The position numbers were made by a program, and so were the translations under genes. The notes under the pieces were generated by a model. It was not told the origin of the DNA, did no database searches, and saw nothing but the letters and a program-made list of their open reading frames with translations. A stretch of DNA of 63,897 nucleotides, filler included, from Globobulimina sp. (lineage: Eukaryota): the NCBI GenBank assembly GCA_003354225.1. It is 38 parts of 38 records of this genome, joined end to end, with 100 filler letters (N's around TTAATTAATTAA, not from the genome) between each part and the next. Parts side by side here need not be neighbours in the genome. Positions count along the whole stretch, not along the records: positions 25,274 to 26,857 come from PIVH01014498.1; positions 26,958 to 28,541 come from PIVH01014499.1; positions 28,642 to 30,225 come from PIVH01014500.1; positions 30,326 to 31,909 come from PIVH01014501.1; positions 32,010 to 33,593 come from PIVH01014502.1; positions 33,694 to 35,277 come from PIVH01014503.1; positions 35,378 to 36,961 come from PIVH01014504.1; positions 37,062 to 38,645 come from PIVH01014505.1; 30 more parts are not named here. The stretch is one strand, 5' to 3'. Below are positions 25,766 through 37,238 of this stretch, piece after piece. Positions within the stretch are counted from its first letter, which is position 1. Every line of letters begins with the position of its first letter.

Positions 25766-25912
25766 AAGAGCAGCAGGTTTTCAGCGTCAGATTTTTATTG
25801 TTTCTGAGAAACGAAGGCAAAACTATATTATTTTTACCTTTATCAGTCACCAGAAACGGTTTGCTGACACCTTACACCAGTAAAAATCTGACGCTGAAGA
25901 CCGGATGCTCTT
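25766..25912. mobile_element. MITE-like element with ~32-bp imperfect terminal inverted repeats
   Basis: AAGAGCAGCAGGTTTTCAGCGTCAGATTTTTA ... TAAAAATCTGACGCTGAAGACCGGATGCTCTT; related copies at 24898-25010 and ~37069-37088. Confidence 0.8.
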
Positions 25913-26474
25913 GTTGTTACAAGAACGTTTAACAAACTGTATACACAAGTGTGATAATATAAATAAATGCAGCACATGTTTCATTCATAATCGCACGCGT
26001 GTTATTGATTCTCAGAAACGTGGGAAACTGCGTTTTTAACATCCCAGGTCGTCCTGGTTTTGGTCGTAAATCGCCTATCCCACAAATATAATAACATTAG
26101 TGGCCTCATCATTCTCACAGTCAGACGCATCATTGTCGATGAATAATTATTTCTTTTTTCATCAAACGAAGCACACAGCCCTCTTAGAATAGAATCATCG
26201 ATGGTTCACATGAAACATATTGAGATGAGGAGAGGAGTTCTGATTTATTTTTTACGCTTTCTATAGGCTTATATTGTCAGTTTTGTCACTTGAATATACT
26301 TTCTTTTTTATTTACCTTTTTAATATGTGGATTATTTTTATTTGTTTTAATAAGTTGAAATTAATTCTTAAATTTTGCTTTTGATTCATTTTATTAAAGT
26401 GCAAGGATAACATATACAAACCCGAAACATACGTTGCTGAAAGTAAGAATTTGAAAAGTTTTTTTGGGTTCATC

Positions 26475-26857
26475 ATGTGCGTTCTAACTCTCGCACTGAT
26501 ACTGAATGTGATTGGTGCAGAATACAATTGCCGATCATTCAAAACATATGAAACACTCACAGAGTACACATTGAACGAATCAGAAGAACCAGGGGAGCAA
26601 TTTTAATGACAGAAGAATCATCCAACAATGGTGCGTATTGTTTGGACGGCACAGTTCCTGACTTTTATTACAGACCAGGTTTTGGAAATGGTATCCATAA
26701 ATTCACTTTTTACCTTCAAGGTAACGCATATATTAATAATTATAAATTATAAATATCACTCAGAGCATCAAAACAAATAGGTGGTGGCTGGTGTGCAAAT
26801 TTGGATCAATGTGTAGCGAGAACAAATACAGATCTTGGAAGCAGTAAATTTGACCAA
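26475..26857 (+). CDS. Second pectin acetylesterase/Notum-like gene, 5' part, frame disrupted near 26590 (intron 26721-26780)
   Basis: Signal peptide MCVLTLALILNVIGA; GAYCLDGTVPDFYYRPG; FYLQG|GGWC...C..R..TDLGSS. Not in the ORF track. Confidence 0.85.
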
Positions 26858-26957
26858 NNNNNNNNNNNNNNNNNNNNNNNNNNNNNNNNNNNNNNNNNNN
26901 NTTAATTAATTAANNNNNNNNNNNNNNNNNNNNNNNNNNNNNNNNNNNNNNNNNNNN

Positions 26958-28185
26958 GGCTGGCGCCATGGAGTCATGTGCGTTGATGTCAATTGCAGTG
27001 CTTTCTTCATCATCGGAATCCTCACTTTCATCGTGATCGAATGCTGATAATTATAAACCATACAAAAACATCACGCAAAATCGCATAAAAACATGAAGAA
27101 TATATGGTACATACCATAGCCTGGCAACTTAGACCAGTCTGAATTTGTACTCACTGTAACATGGCCACTATTGATCGACGTTGTCGATTGTTCAAATAAT
27201 GCATTGGTCGTCGACGCACGTTTTAAAGGTGGCGGCTGGTCATTTTTCGTTTTCTCTCTCGGTGTTACTGGCGCCGACGCTGGCAACTGACCATGCGACC
27301 GAGCTGAAAAAAATTGTGCACAATAAATCTGTTTCAAACTGAAAAAAACATTGCTTTTCAGTTCGAAACTTTCAAACTGAACAACAAAAAACATATCAGT
27401 TTGGTGTACAGTCGTACTGCAATGGAAAAATGTGTTTGAAACTGATATATATCAATGTAACATATACATTTTTTGAGTGATCGCTGGCGTTCCAATTCCG
27501 CCCTCGCTTTGTGTACAAACGAATCCTGCGCAGAAACAGATTGCACGCTCATCCCTTTGACTTTGTGTCTATACGTTTGCCGAATCCACGGCGATGTCAC
27601 GATGGTCAGTAAATGTCCCAAATATATTAAAAGTAAATAAACAGATTCATAAACTACAATTTTGCCGTCGTGGAAGGCAGCGCATAAACCGAATAAAGCG
27701 AATAAATAAAATAATTCATCTCTTAGCAACGGTCTTCGCTTTAGTTTTAGTTCTATTTCGCTGGAAAAGCAACACATGGCCGGGATGAAGGAAAAAGCGA
27801 TCATGCCGCTGCCTATAATGGCGGATATACCCAATGAGGTGGTATTGGAGGAGGTGACTTGCGACTTGATGGTCGCTACTGCATTGATCACAATTTCTGG
27901 CGCAGCACTGCCAAATGCTAAAAACGTGGCACCTGCGACGTCTTCGCGTACTCCCCAGTGGACACAGAGGGTTTCTAAGGCGGGGGCTAGGTATTCATCG
28001 CAGACGATTGCCAACGCAAAGAAACAGTATATTACACAGAAGACTTCAAATAATATCCCTCCTCTATGTATACCATATATATATATATATATGTGTGTGT
28101 GTGTAGGCAATCCAATTAACGAAACTAACGCTGAATCTGCATGTGATTGGAAAAAATCGTCGACGCTGTCGAAGAACTCAGCCAT
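26958..28185 (-). CDS. K+-dependent Na+/Ca2+ exchanger (NCKX/SLC24-like), 3' partial, multi-exon
   Basis: ALAIVCDEY, EDVAGATFLAFGSAAPE (alpha-1 repeat), GISAIIGS, PLLRD; first intron 28064-28129. Confidence 0.93.
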
Positions 28186-28338
28186 GGTTCATACTGACTA
28201 GATGTTAAAAGTTTATATGATAAAAAACTTCACAAGGAATCATGGGAAATACACTTTCAAAAGAACTACCGGAAGGTATGTATGCAGGCAGATAAATGAG
28301 GAATCTCTAAATAATTACTAAACAAAAAAACAGGCTCT

Positions 28339-28500
28339 TTGTCAATTTATCAACAACTTATAAATATGGGATTTGATGAAACAATGTCATTGGAAGCAAC
28401 TCGTAAATATAAAACCGATATTAATAAATGTATCAATTATATGACGTCGACAGCAAAGGAAGAGAAGAAAGAGAATGTTGCTATTTTTATTGAAGGTGAA
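28339..28500 (+). CDS. UBA-like domain fragment
   Basis: YQQLINMGFDETMSLEA...DINKCINYM carries the MGF UBA motif. Confidence 0.6.
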
Positions 28501-28904
28501 TATATGGTCCGCTTAAATCAATTGTTAGAATTGCAATTAGTNNNNNNNNNNNNNNNNNNNNNNNNNNNNNNNNNNNNNNNNNNNNTTAATTAATTAANNN
28601 NNNNNNNNNNNNNNNNNNNNNNNNNNNNNNNNNNNNNNNNNTTACTCCACTCCTTTTGAGCCGTTTACTCCACTAAGGGCAGTAAAATAGAAACGAAAAA
28701 CAAATCTTGTACGTGATTGGTAAAGATTGTACATTATTCGTAAAACAAACAAAAAACAAAACCTTAAATAAAACAAAAAAATGTGATGAATTATGGGAAT
28801 AAATAAAAAAAATGTAAAAAATGTGATGATATTGGGATTTGGACCCAAATCTTATTTAATAAGATGCTTTCATAAAGCTATCAATCACCATAATATATGA
28901 AGCG

Positions 28905-29100
28905 ACTCCGTCGCCGCCCATACACCACCACCTCCACATCCACCTCCTCCACATCCACCGCCTCCACATCCACCTCCTACACATTCGCCTTCTCCACTTC
29001 TACCTCCTCCACATCCGCATCATTCACATCCGCCGCCTCCTCTACATCCACCACCTACACATCCGCCTCCTACACACCCGCCTATCCACCGCCTCCAGAC
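28905..29100. repeat. Degenerate 12-15 bp CCACATCCACCTCCT tandem repeat (Gly/Cys-rich on minus strand, Pro/His-rich on plus)
   Basis: Minus frame reads GCVGGG/CGGGG units with internal stops. Confidence 0.7.
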
Positions 29101-29334
29101 CACGATAACCACCACAAACGCCAGCCAAATCCATCCAATAATACCATATCACTATAAAGTATAACAAATAAATGTATAAATAGAGACATAAAATAGATAC
29201 TTAATTCAGTGATGTTACGATCATTGATGATCGCATTTGGATAATACATTGATTGTGCAGGATCGGACTTGTTGACTTGGTTCCATGATAAAAGATGTAA
29301 AAAATGTAAAAAATGTTTTTTGGGCTTAAAGGGC

Positions 29335-29397
29335 GCGCCCCCTTGACGTGAAAAACTTTGTTTTTGGAAACACGTTACCCAGTCTCGATATTACTGA
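29335..29397 (+). repeat. Partial copy of the repeat at 63729-63838
   Basis: Shares GAAAAACTTTGTTTTT(G/A)GAAACACGTTACC...GATA.TTACTGA. Confidence 0.75.
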
Positions 29398-30384
29398 ATA
29401 TGGGTAAAATACTATGATAACAAATGAGCCGGCTACATTTCTTCCCAAGTTATTATTAATAAAAACAATGTCGGCCCTGTCACATTTACTAACTGTCTTT
29501 TGGGGATTATCTGATAATATTCTTAGATTATACAGTGATTCAATTGTGACGTTCAGTGGCTGTCGAATAATATTTTAAAATATGGTTTAAATGCAAACAT
29601 CCATCCTTCCGTACAAACTGCAAATATTAAATTAAAAGAAATTATATTAGCAGCACAAAGCGAAAGAGATCGTATTCAAAACATAATGTGAAATCATATT
29701 TAGAAATGCCAATCTAAACGACATTAGACTTTAAAACTCCACTGTAATTTTGTGTTTTATCCGAATTCTGTCAGATTGTTTGAACAATGAAAGTACGATT
29801 CGAAAAGAAAGAGCATTAATAAATCATTATTAGTTTACATCAACATTAACTAGACAGATTTAAAATTAGCAATCTAAATTGCAAGTAAGATTGAGAGGTA
29901 GATTTAATATATTAAAGAAATGGTGGACCTATCTCAAATAATATATATATATATATATATTATTCGATCCTATATGTACATCTTATCCGGAACACCACTG
30001 CATGTACTTCAAAATAAACATTTAAAATACTTATATTGCGCAATTATAAACAGCTTAAACACAGAATGATGGAGCTTAGTAATTCACAATACCATGCATC
30101 ATATTTAATACAACATATATTATGTTTGCTACAATATTATTTTCAGGGTGAATTTATTAAGCCTGATGTTAAACGTATATTTATTTGTGTCTAAAATAGC
30201 AAAGTGTGTCAAATAGCTGAGATCCNNNNNNNNNNNNNNNNNNNNNNNNNNNNNNNNNNNNNNNNNNNNTTAATTAATTAANNNNNNNNNNNNNNNNNNN
30301 NNNNNNNNNNNNNNNNNNNNNNNNNAAAAAAATTAAAAATATTATAAATTTAAAACTAAAACACACATAAAATTAAAATAAAAA

Positions 30385-31854
30385 TTAAAACTGAAACACA
30401 CATAAAATTAAAATTAAAATTAACATTGATATGTCGTAATCCGGACATGCAGTCGGCGAGGAACTAGGCGCATTTGAGGGTGGATAGGTGGATGATCGTA
30501 ATGTTATCATTGTATAATTACCAGCTGGACAGCCTGTGTCGTCATTGCAATATACCACACAATTATTATTGCAATCTAATATTGTAGTACTTACTAGGCA
30601 TGATTGATGTGCACCACATCTAATAACACATTCATCGCCTATTTCACAATAAACACGCAATCCTATTCCGGAATAATAACCCAATAAATATATGTTGACA
30701 TTGGTGCCATTACTTTCAATTTGACCATCATGACATGCATAAGAAGCAGAGCAATATATATTCTTAGACTCTGTAATTACACTCTGGGAACACGCCATAT
30801 TCCCTAAACAATACACATTATCTGATCCATAAATATTTGTGTGATAACAGGAATGTGATCCTTCACAAAATGTTTCCCCTTTGGTAATAATACTTGTTGA
30901 ATAGCATGAATACGAAGCACTACAGACCAGAATGTCTGAGGTTGTTGCCGCCGTAAATTGAATAGCTCCATTATAGCCACATGACTGCCAACCACGACAA
31001 CACACAGGTCCACCATTACTTATATTAATATTAACACCTTCTTGTTGTTGATAATCATCATATACAAAAATATTGGATGGGTCGTTACAAAGTGCATCAG
31101 TTTTATAATTAATATATTTAAGATCATACATACTATCATCAAAATCATTTTTATTGTGAATGGGCGGTATGGTAATACTTGAATCATTTGAATTTAATGT
31201 GATATCACAATTGTTACCATCCTCACAAATTACATACAACATTTGGCAGCCATTAAAATAACAATAAATATTACACATATCACCAGATCTACAGATTATA
31301 TTTGCTCTGAAACCCGACTGATATCCACGTAAATATATTGTTAATATACCATCTGCAATAAAATTAGTGTCAATTGTTGACCCATACAATGAGTATGAAC
31401 CGAATGCATAAATAATTCGTGATGAAATATTTGCATAATTACAACTTTGATCTCCATCACAAGAAATACCATTTTTTGAGTTGATATTTGAATTTGAACA
31501 TGAATTTGAGCCATAACAACCAAGATAATTATTTGCGTTGATCATCTTTGAATTGTGACATGAATGACTGCCAAGACATTCTACATTCCCTCGACTTAAT
31601 ATAAATAATATCTCAGCACATGAATATGCACCGTAACAGCGTATAAATGTATATGTATAATTATTGGTGATTGATGTTGATGGTCCTGATAAACTTTTGT
31701 ATCCGCGACCGTATATATTTTGGTCAGATGATAATGTCCAATTAGTACCTACACATTCATAAGCAGTGTCACATATTATACCTTGAGCGAATAATAATGC
31801 AATTTCAGTAATCATTAAAATGAAAATGATCATTTGCGTATATTGTGGAGACAT
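30385..31854 (-). CDS. Secreted/surface cysteine-rich repeat protein
   Basis: Signal peptide; many 'C.G..SC....I' ~17-aa repeats; P/S/T-rich stalk; hydrophobic C-terminus. Confidence 0.85.
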   Translation of the reverse strand: MSPQYTQMIIFILMITEIALLFAQGIICDTAYECVGTNWTLSSDQNIYGRGYKSLSGPSTSITNNYTYTFIRCYGAYSCAEILFILSRGNVECLGSHSCHNSKMINANNYLGCYGSNSCSNSNINSKNGISCDGDQSCNYANISSRIIYAFGSYSLYGSTIDTNFIADGILTIYLRGYQSGFRANIICRSGDMCNIYCYFNGCQMLYVICEDGNNCDITLNSNDSSITIPPIHNKNDFDDSMYDLKYINYKTDALCNDPSNIFVYDDYQQQEGVNINISNGGPVCCRGWQSCGYNGAIQFTAATTSDILVCSASYSCYSTSIITKGETFCEGSHSCYHTNIYGSDNVYCLGNMACSQSVITESKNIYCSASYACHDGQIESNGTNVNIYLLGYYSGIGLRVYCEIGDECVIRCGAHQSCLVSTTILDCNNNCVVYCNDDTGCPAGNYTMITLRSSTYPPSNAPSSSPTACPDYDISMLILILILCVFQF

Positions 31855-32014
31855 TGCACACTTTTGGGATTTTTTATAAACAAAAAAAAAACATTTTAAC
31901 AATGACGTCNNNNNNNNNNNNNNNNNNNNNNNNNNNNNNNNNNNNNNNNNNNNTTAATTAATTAANNNNNNNNNNNNNNNNNNNNNNNNNNNNNNNNNNN
32001 NNNNNNNNNTTATC

Positions 32015-33454
32015 ATGCCAAAACACAAGAGAAATCATAAAAAAAAGAACAAAAAAAATAAAAATAGTCGCAAAAATAAACAACACCCGAATGAACCTCA
32101 CAAAAACAAATCAAAACACCACTCAAAATCCAACAAATCGAAACCAAATGAGAACAGAATCAAACATGTCATCGACATTAAAATCAAAACACCCTCCAAC
32201 AATCCACCATCATCACCAACAAAAACCATACATAGTCCAATAAAACCACATTATTATGATGCAGATATCTCAGACTCTGACACAAATCATCACTATAACT
32301 TATCCCCTCCCAGAATGCAAATACTCCGTTCTGCGAAAATAGCCCATCGCACATCAGACAATTCATCCTCTGACCCCTTATTCCATCCACACTCTCCACC
32401 CACATCTCCTCTCTCTCCTATATCACCAATACCGGTCTACAAAACTAAAAGCAATCCCAATATTTCGTATTTATCCCCAAGTTTCAACCGCCATCACACA
32501 CCGTCCTTCATCTCACAACATCCCTTATCTCCACTGCCCAACTTACAGCGTGCTGCATCGTCGCCGATCGCCACAATGTCACATTCTCCGCGCAGCATAC
32601 TTCGAAGTCGCAGCTCCGATTCAGACAGCAACAGCGTTCACAATGTCACATTTGGAGCTGTTGAAGTACACGAATTTAATTTGCTGGCTGGCTCAGAGAG
32701 TGACGGTGTGCCGGAAGATGGTGGCTACAGTTTATATTTAGCTGCGCAGGAAAGCAACAATGCTGTCTTAGATATCGACCAATATGAAAAGAAAAGATAT
32801 CAACGTTGGCGGCAACGCGCACAGCATTTGCATTGGAATAAGAAAAAATTGCATAAAGCTATGGAAGATCCTCAACGATACTTGTTTACTGCAGGGAGAT
32901 GCGACGAGTTTTACAGTGCCTTGACAGCAAAAGAAAGGCAGAAACGGCTAAGCATTGATAGGAAGTATAAAAAAGAACATTGTGCTGCATTGAGTGCAGA
33001 ACGGATGGAATTGGACAAAATTCGGAGCTCTCGCAGGAAAAATAACATTTTTTGTAATTGCAAGTCGTTGTCGGCGATGTCGACGAGTGAGTTGAAGGTC
33101 GTTGCACAGCAATATGGCATAAAGGTGTATAAAGGGAAGAAGGTTAAGAAAGGTTTTTTGATCAATCGGCTGAGAGCGAAGGTGTCGAGTCGTCGGGATA
33201 TATGTTGTTGGGACGCGGTGTCGTGTTCGTGTGTGGCTGCGGGGATTGACTGTCATTCTGGAACACAGGAAGGAAATTTTCAATGTGGCTGCGTCAAGTT
33301 TGATAAAAAGTGTTCGAATGAGTTTGGAAGATATGTGTATAGGCAACCGGACTATGCTAGAGCTGTGATAAGGGAATGGGAGGAATGTTACCAGGATATG
33401 GATGGGGATGAGAATGAAAACAATGATGCACAGCGTGTATCGTTTGAATTGTAA
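32015..33454 (+). CDS. Cysteine/serine-rich nuclear protein (CSRNP/Axud1-like)
   Basis: Basic N-terminus, SP-rich region, VTFGAVEVHEF, GVPEDGGYSL, ELDKIRSSR...CNC, CSCVAAGIDCH...CGC....CSNEFGRY, in CSRNP motif order. Confidence 0.8.
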   Translation: MPKHKRNHKKKNKKNKNSRKNKQHPNEPHKNKSKHHSKSNKSKPNENRIKHVIDIKIKTPSNNPPSSPTKTIHSPIKPHYYDADISDSDTNHHYNLSPPRMQILRSAKIAHRTSDNSSSDPLFHPHSPPTSPLSPISPIPVYKTKSNPNISYLSPSFNRHHTPSFISQHPLSPLPNLQRAASSPIATMSHSPRSILRSRSSDSDSNSVHNVTFGAVEVHEFNLLAGSESDGVPEDGGYSLYLAAQESNNAVLDIDQYEKKRYQRWRQRAQHLHWNKKKLHKAMEDPQRYLFTAGRCDEFYSALTAKERQKRLSIDRKYKKEHCAALSAERMELDKIRSSRRKNNIFCNCKSLSAMSTSELKVVAQQYGIKVYKGKKVKKGFLINRLRAKVSSRRDICCWDAVSCSCVAAGIDCHSGTQEGNFQCGCVKFDKKCSNEFGRYVYRQPDYARAVIREWEECYQDMDGDENENNDAQRVSFEL

Positions 33455-34316
33455 AAAAGTGTTCGCAATTTTATAATAGAAACATATGAGAACTTGCAAG
33501 ACTGACAGGGAAAAAAAGCATGTTTGAAATTTCTAAAAGTTTCTGAGTGTATATTTTGTGTATGGCGTGTTTTTTTTTTTGTTAAATGTTTGCNNNNNNN
33601 NNNNNNNNNNNNNNNNNNNNNNNNNNNNNNNNNNNNNTTAATTAATTAANNNNNNNNNNNNNNNNNNNNNNNNNNNNNNNNNNNNNNNNNNNNTCATTGC
33701 CGGCCTATGTTGTGTGTGGATGTGTGTACTGTGTATCTGTGTTTTTGTTGAGATGGATGGATTACTAAACTAATCGTAGAGCATTTTGCCATATACTTAT
33801 TAATAGGCTTGGCGTATTTATATAGCGTTGCAATAATTGAAAATGTTGCTGGAAATTACATGGTTGCTTATTTTTAGGAATGCCAAAATGATCACAAATT
33901 GCTAAGACTTTGCCCATAATGAATAATGTGTGAAACTCATCCATTGAATTGACAGATTGAGAGGACAATATCCATTCTGCAAAGGAGGTTTGAGGGAATT
34001 GCGGTTTTATATTCCTTTTGTTTGAATGTCATTATCAGTTTGGTCGAATATAAAGTCATATTATGTGCACATACTGTTCATAGTCAGCCTCCAAACTTAT
34101 GATTTGACGAGCTTTATGGAATAATTCTTCCATCTTATACCTGCTGGACTGAAAACAGTGAAGGTATATGCTTTTAACATATCTCCATATGATATCGCAA
34201 TATATCTCCATATATCGAGATATATCTATGACTGTAGCTGACATATATTCAGAATTATTTCCGATATATATTAAAAACATATATTTTCAAAAACAAAACT
34301 GTTTTCACAATAAATA

Positions 34317-35277
34317 ATGATGGCATTTGCAGTTCCGACACATAAACAACAGGGAAATAAAAAGAATCTAGCTAAAGGACCACCATTATCAAGAGATAAT
34401 TGGATAGATAATCAATTATTACTATGTGTGAATCCAAGTGTTTCCAACTATATACATACAAATCATGACAAACAAATAGCAGTACCAATGAATACAGTCT
34501 TTAATTTTGAATCTTCATTGTTCAAAGGACAAGCTATTGTGCGTGCTGTCGATTTGCCAAATACCAATCAAGCATACTTTCATGGGAGAAACAGAAAAAT
34601 GGATTTTACATTCCAGGTTAGTATAATATCCATTATCCACTTACAATTTAAATATATATTCTATGCATACTGATACTGCATTAACTGAATAGGGTCAATT
34701 TAAACGTAGAATATGTTTCGATCGCTTGTATACCGGCCAAATATTTGAGAAACCTTTTACAAAGTTGCCATGCAGATATATAATATCTGCGGGGATGACA
34801 TTGTTGAAAGCCTTGGCTCCGGCATTAAGGGCAGATATAAACAGTCCAACCCCATATATGATGTCGCCATTGGCCTCCGCTGCGCAAGTTTTTCAAATCT
34901 GTGCCATTGGGAAACAGAGAGCATTACCAAATGAGTCGAAGGAGGATGTCTCATTATTAGATGACAAATTTAATGATATGAAATGGACGGAGAGGAAGGC
35001 ATATTTTAATGATTTAAAGCATTTGAAAGAATATTATTTTGAGCCAGGATTCGTGTATACAATATCGTGTTATTCGCATATGATATCGCCGAAATCGTAT
35101 AGCATTCACGCATTTGGAATGCAATGGGGAATGTCTGCATATTTACCATCGCCTATGCAAATTGCAACGGTTATACTTACAGAGAATGATGAAAAAGAGG
35201 CGGAGGAACCGCATGATTTGAGTAAATGTGAATTTTTGGTGAATATGCAAGTGTGGCATACAACACTTGTGGATCAA
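34317..35277 (+). CDS. DUF1769-family protein (intron 34617-34692), 3' partial
   Basis: FESSLFKGQAIVR, YFHGRNRK..FTFQ|GQFKR, LYTGQIFEKP, PYMMSPLASAAQ, ERKAYF, F.PGFVYT. Confidence 0.8.
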
Positions 35278-35377
35278 NNNNNNNNNNNNNNNNNNNNNNN
35301 NNNNNNNNNNNNNNNNNNNNNTTAATTAATTAANNNNNNNNNNNNNNNNNNNNNNNNNNNNNNNNNNNNNNNNNNNN

Positions 35378-36961
35378 TCACATAAATTTATCTCTCGATA
35401 TTTGGTTCAGTTATTGGATGCATTGCAGTTTCTACATGAAACGCATAATGTCGCTCATAGAAATATAAAAGCTGTTAAGTTCCCATATATTTCTTGTATT
35501 CATTATAATTTCAGCGCAACGTCTTGTTTTTGTATAGGAAAATATATATTTAGCGACTGGATGTGTGATAAAATTAGGAGGATTTTCAGCAGCTACATAT
35601 GTTTCAGAATATGATTGTGATAATGATGAAATAATGGATAATATATTGATTAAGTCGCCGATGTGGAGCAGTCCAGAACTTGTGGCAAAAAAAGAGAAAA
35701 TAAGTACTTGTACAGATATTTGGAGTGTGGGATGTTTAACAATTGAGTTATTGACAGGGAATCCGCCATATCATGATTTAAAAGCAATCAATGCACAAAA
35801 TTGTATATTAAAAGATAAAATGCCACCAATTCCAAATGGTAATCAATTATTTGTTGATTTTATTACTAAATGTTTGAATAAAAACGCATTATTTCGAACA
35901 TCAGCAAATAAATTAAAATCTCATCCATTTTTAACAAACAAAAATAAATTGCAACAGCATGCATTTTCAACCAAGGACACAGAAAACACCGTTGTCCCCG
36001 CATACACTGCAAAATATGTAAATGCATCGGCAATAAATGGCATTAATGCAGATCGAGAGAATGAAGAAGCATATAAAAACTTAAAAATTGCTCGAAATAA
36101 AGCGAATATAAAATCAAAGTGTAATGATGGTGTGCATGCGTTTGATTTTGGTAAAATGATAAACTCAAATAAAACATCAGTATGTTTGTGCGGTGATGAT
36201 TTGTGGCCAACGAATGAATGTAAAAATGCATTTGTTTGTCATCAATGTTTTCAAGTTATCAGTAAAAATAATGATATGTTTAGATGTGAGAAAAATAAAT
36301 GTAAATTTCGACAGAATGGATATAAAATATGTATTACGTGCATATGTGAGGATAAATTGACAGTTGATTTAATAGAGAAAGAAAACATAAATGGAAGAAT
36401 ATTAAAACGAATTAAAATGTCATTATCATCATTTTCGTTATTATGTGATTCAGTTTTAAGGTATGCACATTCATACGACATACAATATATTGCTAACAAA
36501 AAGAGTCTGTACTTTTCTATAATTACAAAAACACGCTGTATAAGCTTTTTATGTTAGTAATATATATATCTATTATTTAAGAGATGAAATGAAAAATGGA
36601 AAAGAAATAAATCAATGTATTGAAGGATTTATTTTTTTTGAGATTTATATTTGTAATATTTCAAAATATTTGGCAGGAAATATTTCAGATATTGGTGATT
36701 TATGCGATATACGCGAGCAATTTGAGGCAATTAAGATACGGATCAGTGCGAAAGTTGCACATTGTTTATGTGGCAAATTTGTAAAATTAACAAGATTATC
36801 TTCCACATGTTTGGTATGTTGCAATTGTTTTAAAACATTAAATAGAAATATTGGTTATATGTGTTCCACACAATGCAAATATGGGTATTTTATTTGTATT
36901 TCGTGTATTAACGATTTACAATTAATAAAAAATATTGATAATGATATTCAAACTAAAATAT
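35378..36961 (+). CDS. STE-like protein (pseudo)kinase C-lobe followed by repeated Cys-rich zinc-binding modules, partial
   Basis: HRNIKA|ENI (intron 35474-35537), IKLGGFS, SPMWSSPE, DIWSVGCLTIELLTGNPPY; two C.CG..L...C..C...C...C...IC..C units. Confidence 0.85.
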
Positions 36962-37238
36962 NNNNNNNNNNNNNNNNNNNNNNNNNNNNNNNNNNNNNNN
37001 NNNNNTTAATTAATTAANNNNNNNNNNNNNNNNNNNNNNNNNNNNNNNNNNNNNNNNNNNNAATATGTCGTTTCTCAGAAACAATAAATGCTCTTTTTGA
37101 CATACAAATGACGCTAAAGTGAGATTATAAGAAAAAAAAAATTATAATAAAACATTAAACCCACATTGTACACCGAATACTTTCCTTGCGTTTCCAACAA
37201 CCGTTGATAATGGTATACATTGGGTATATATCGTTAAA

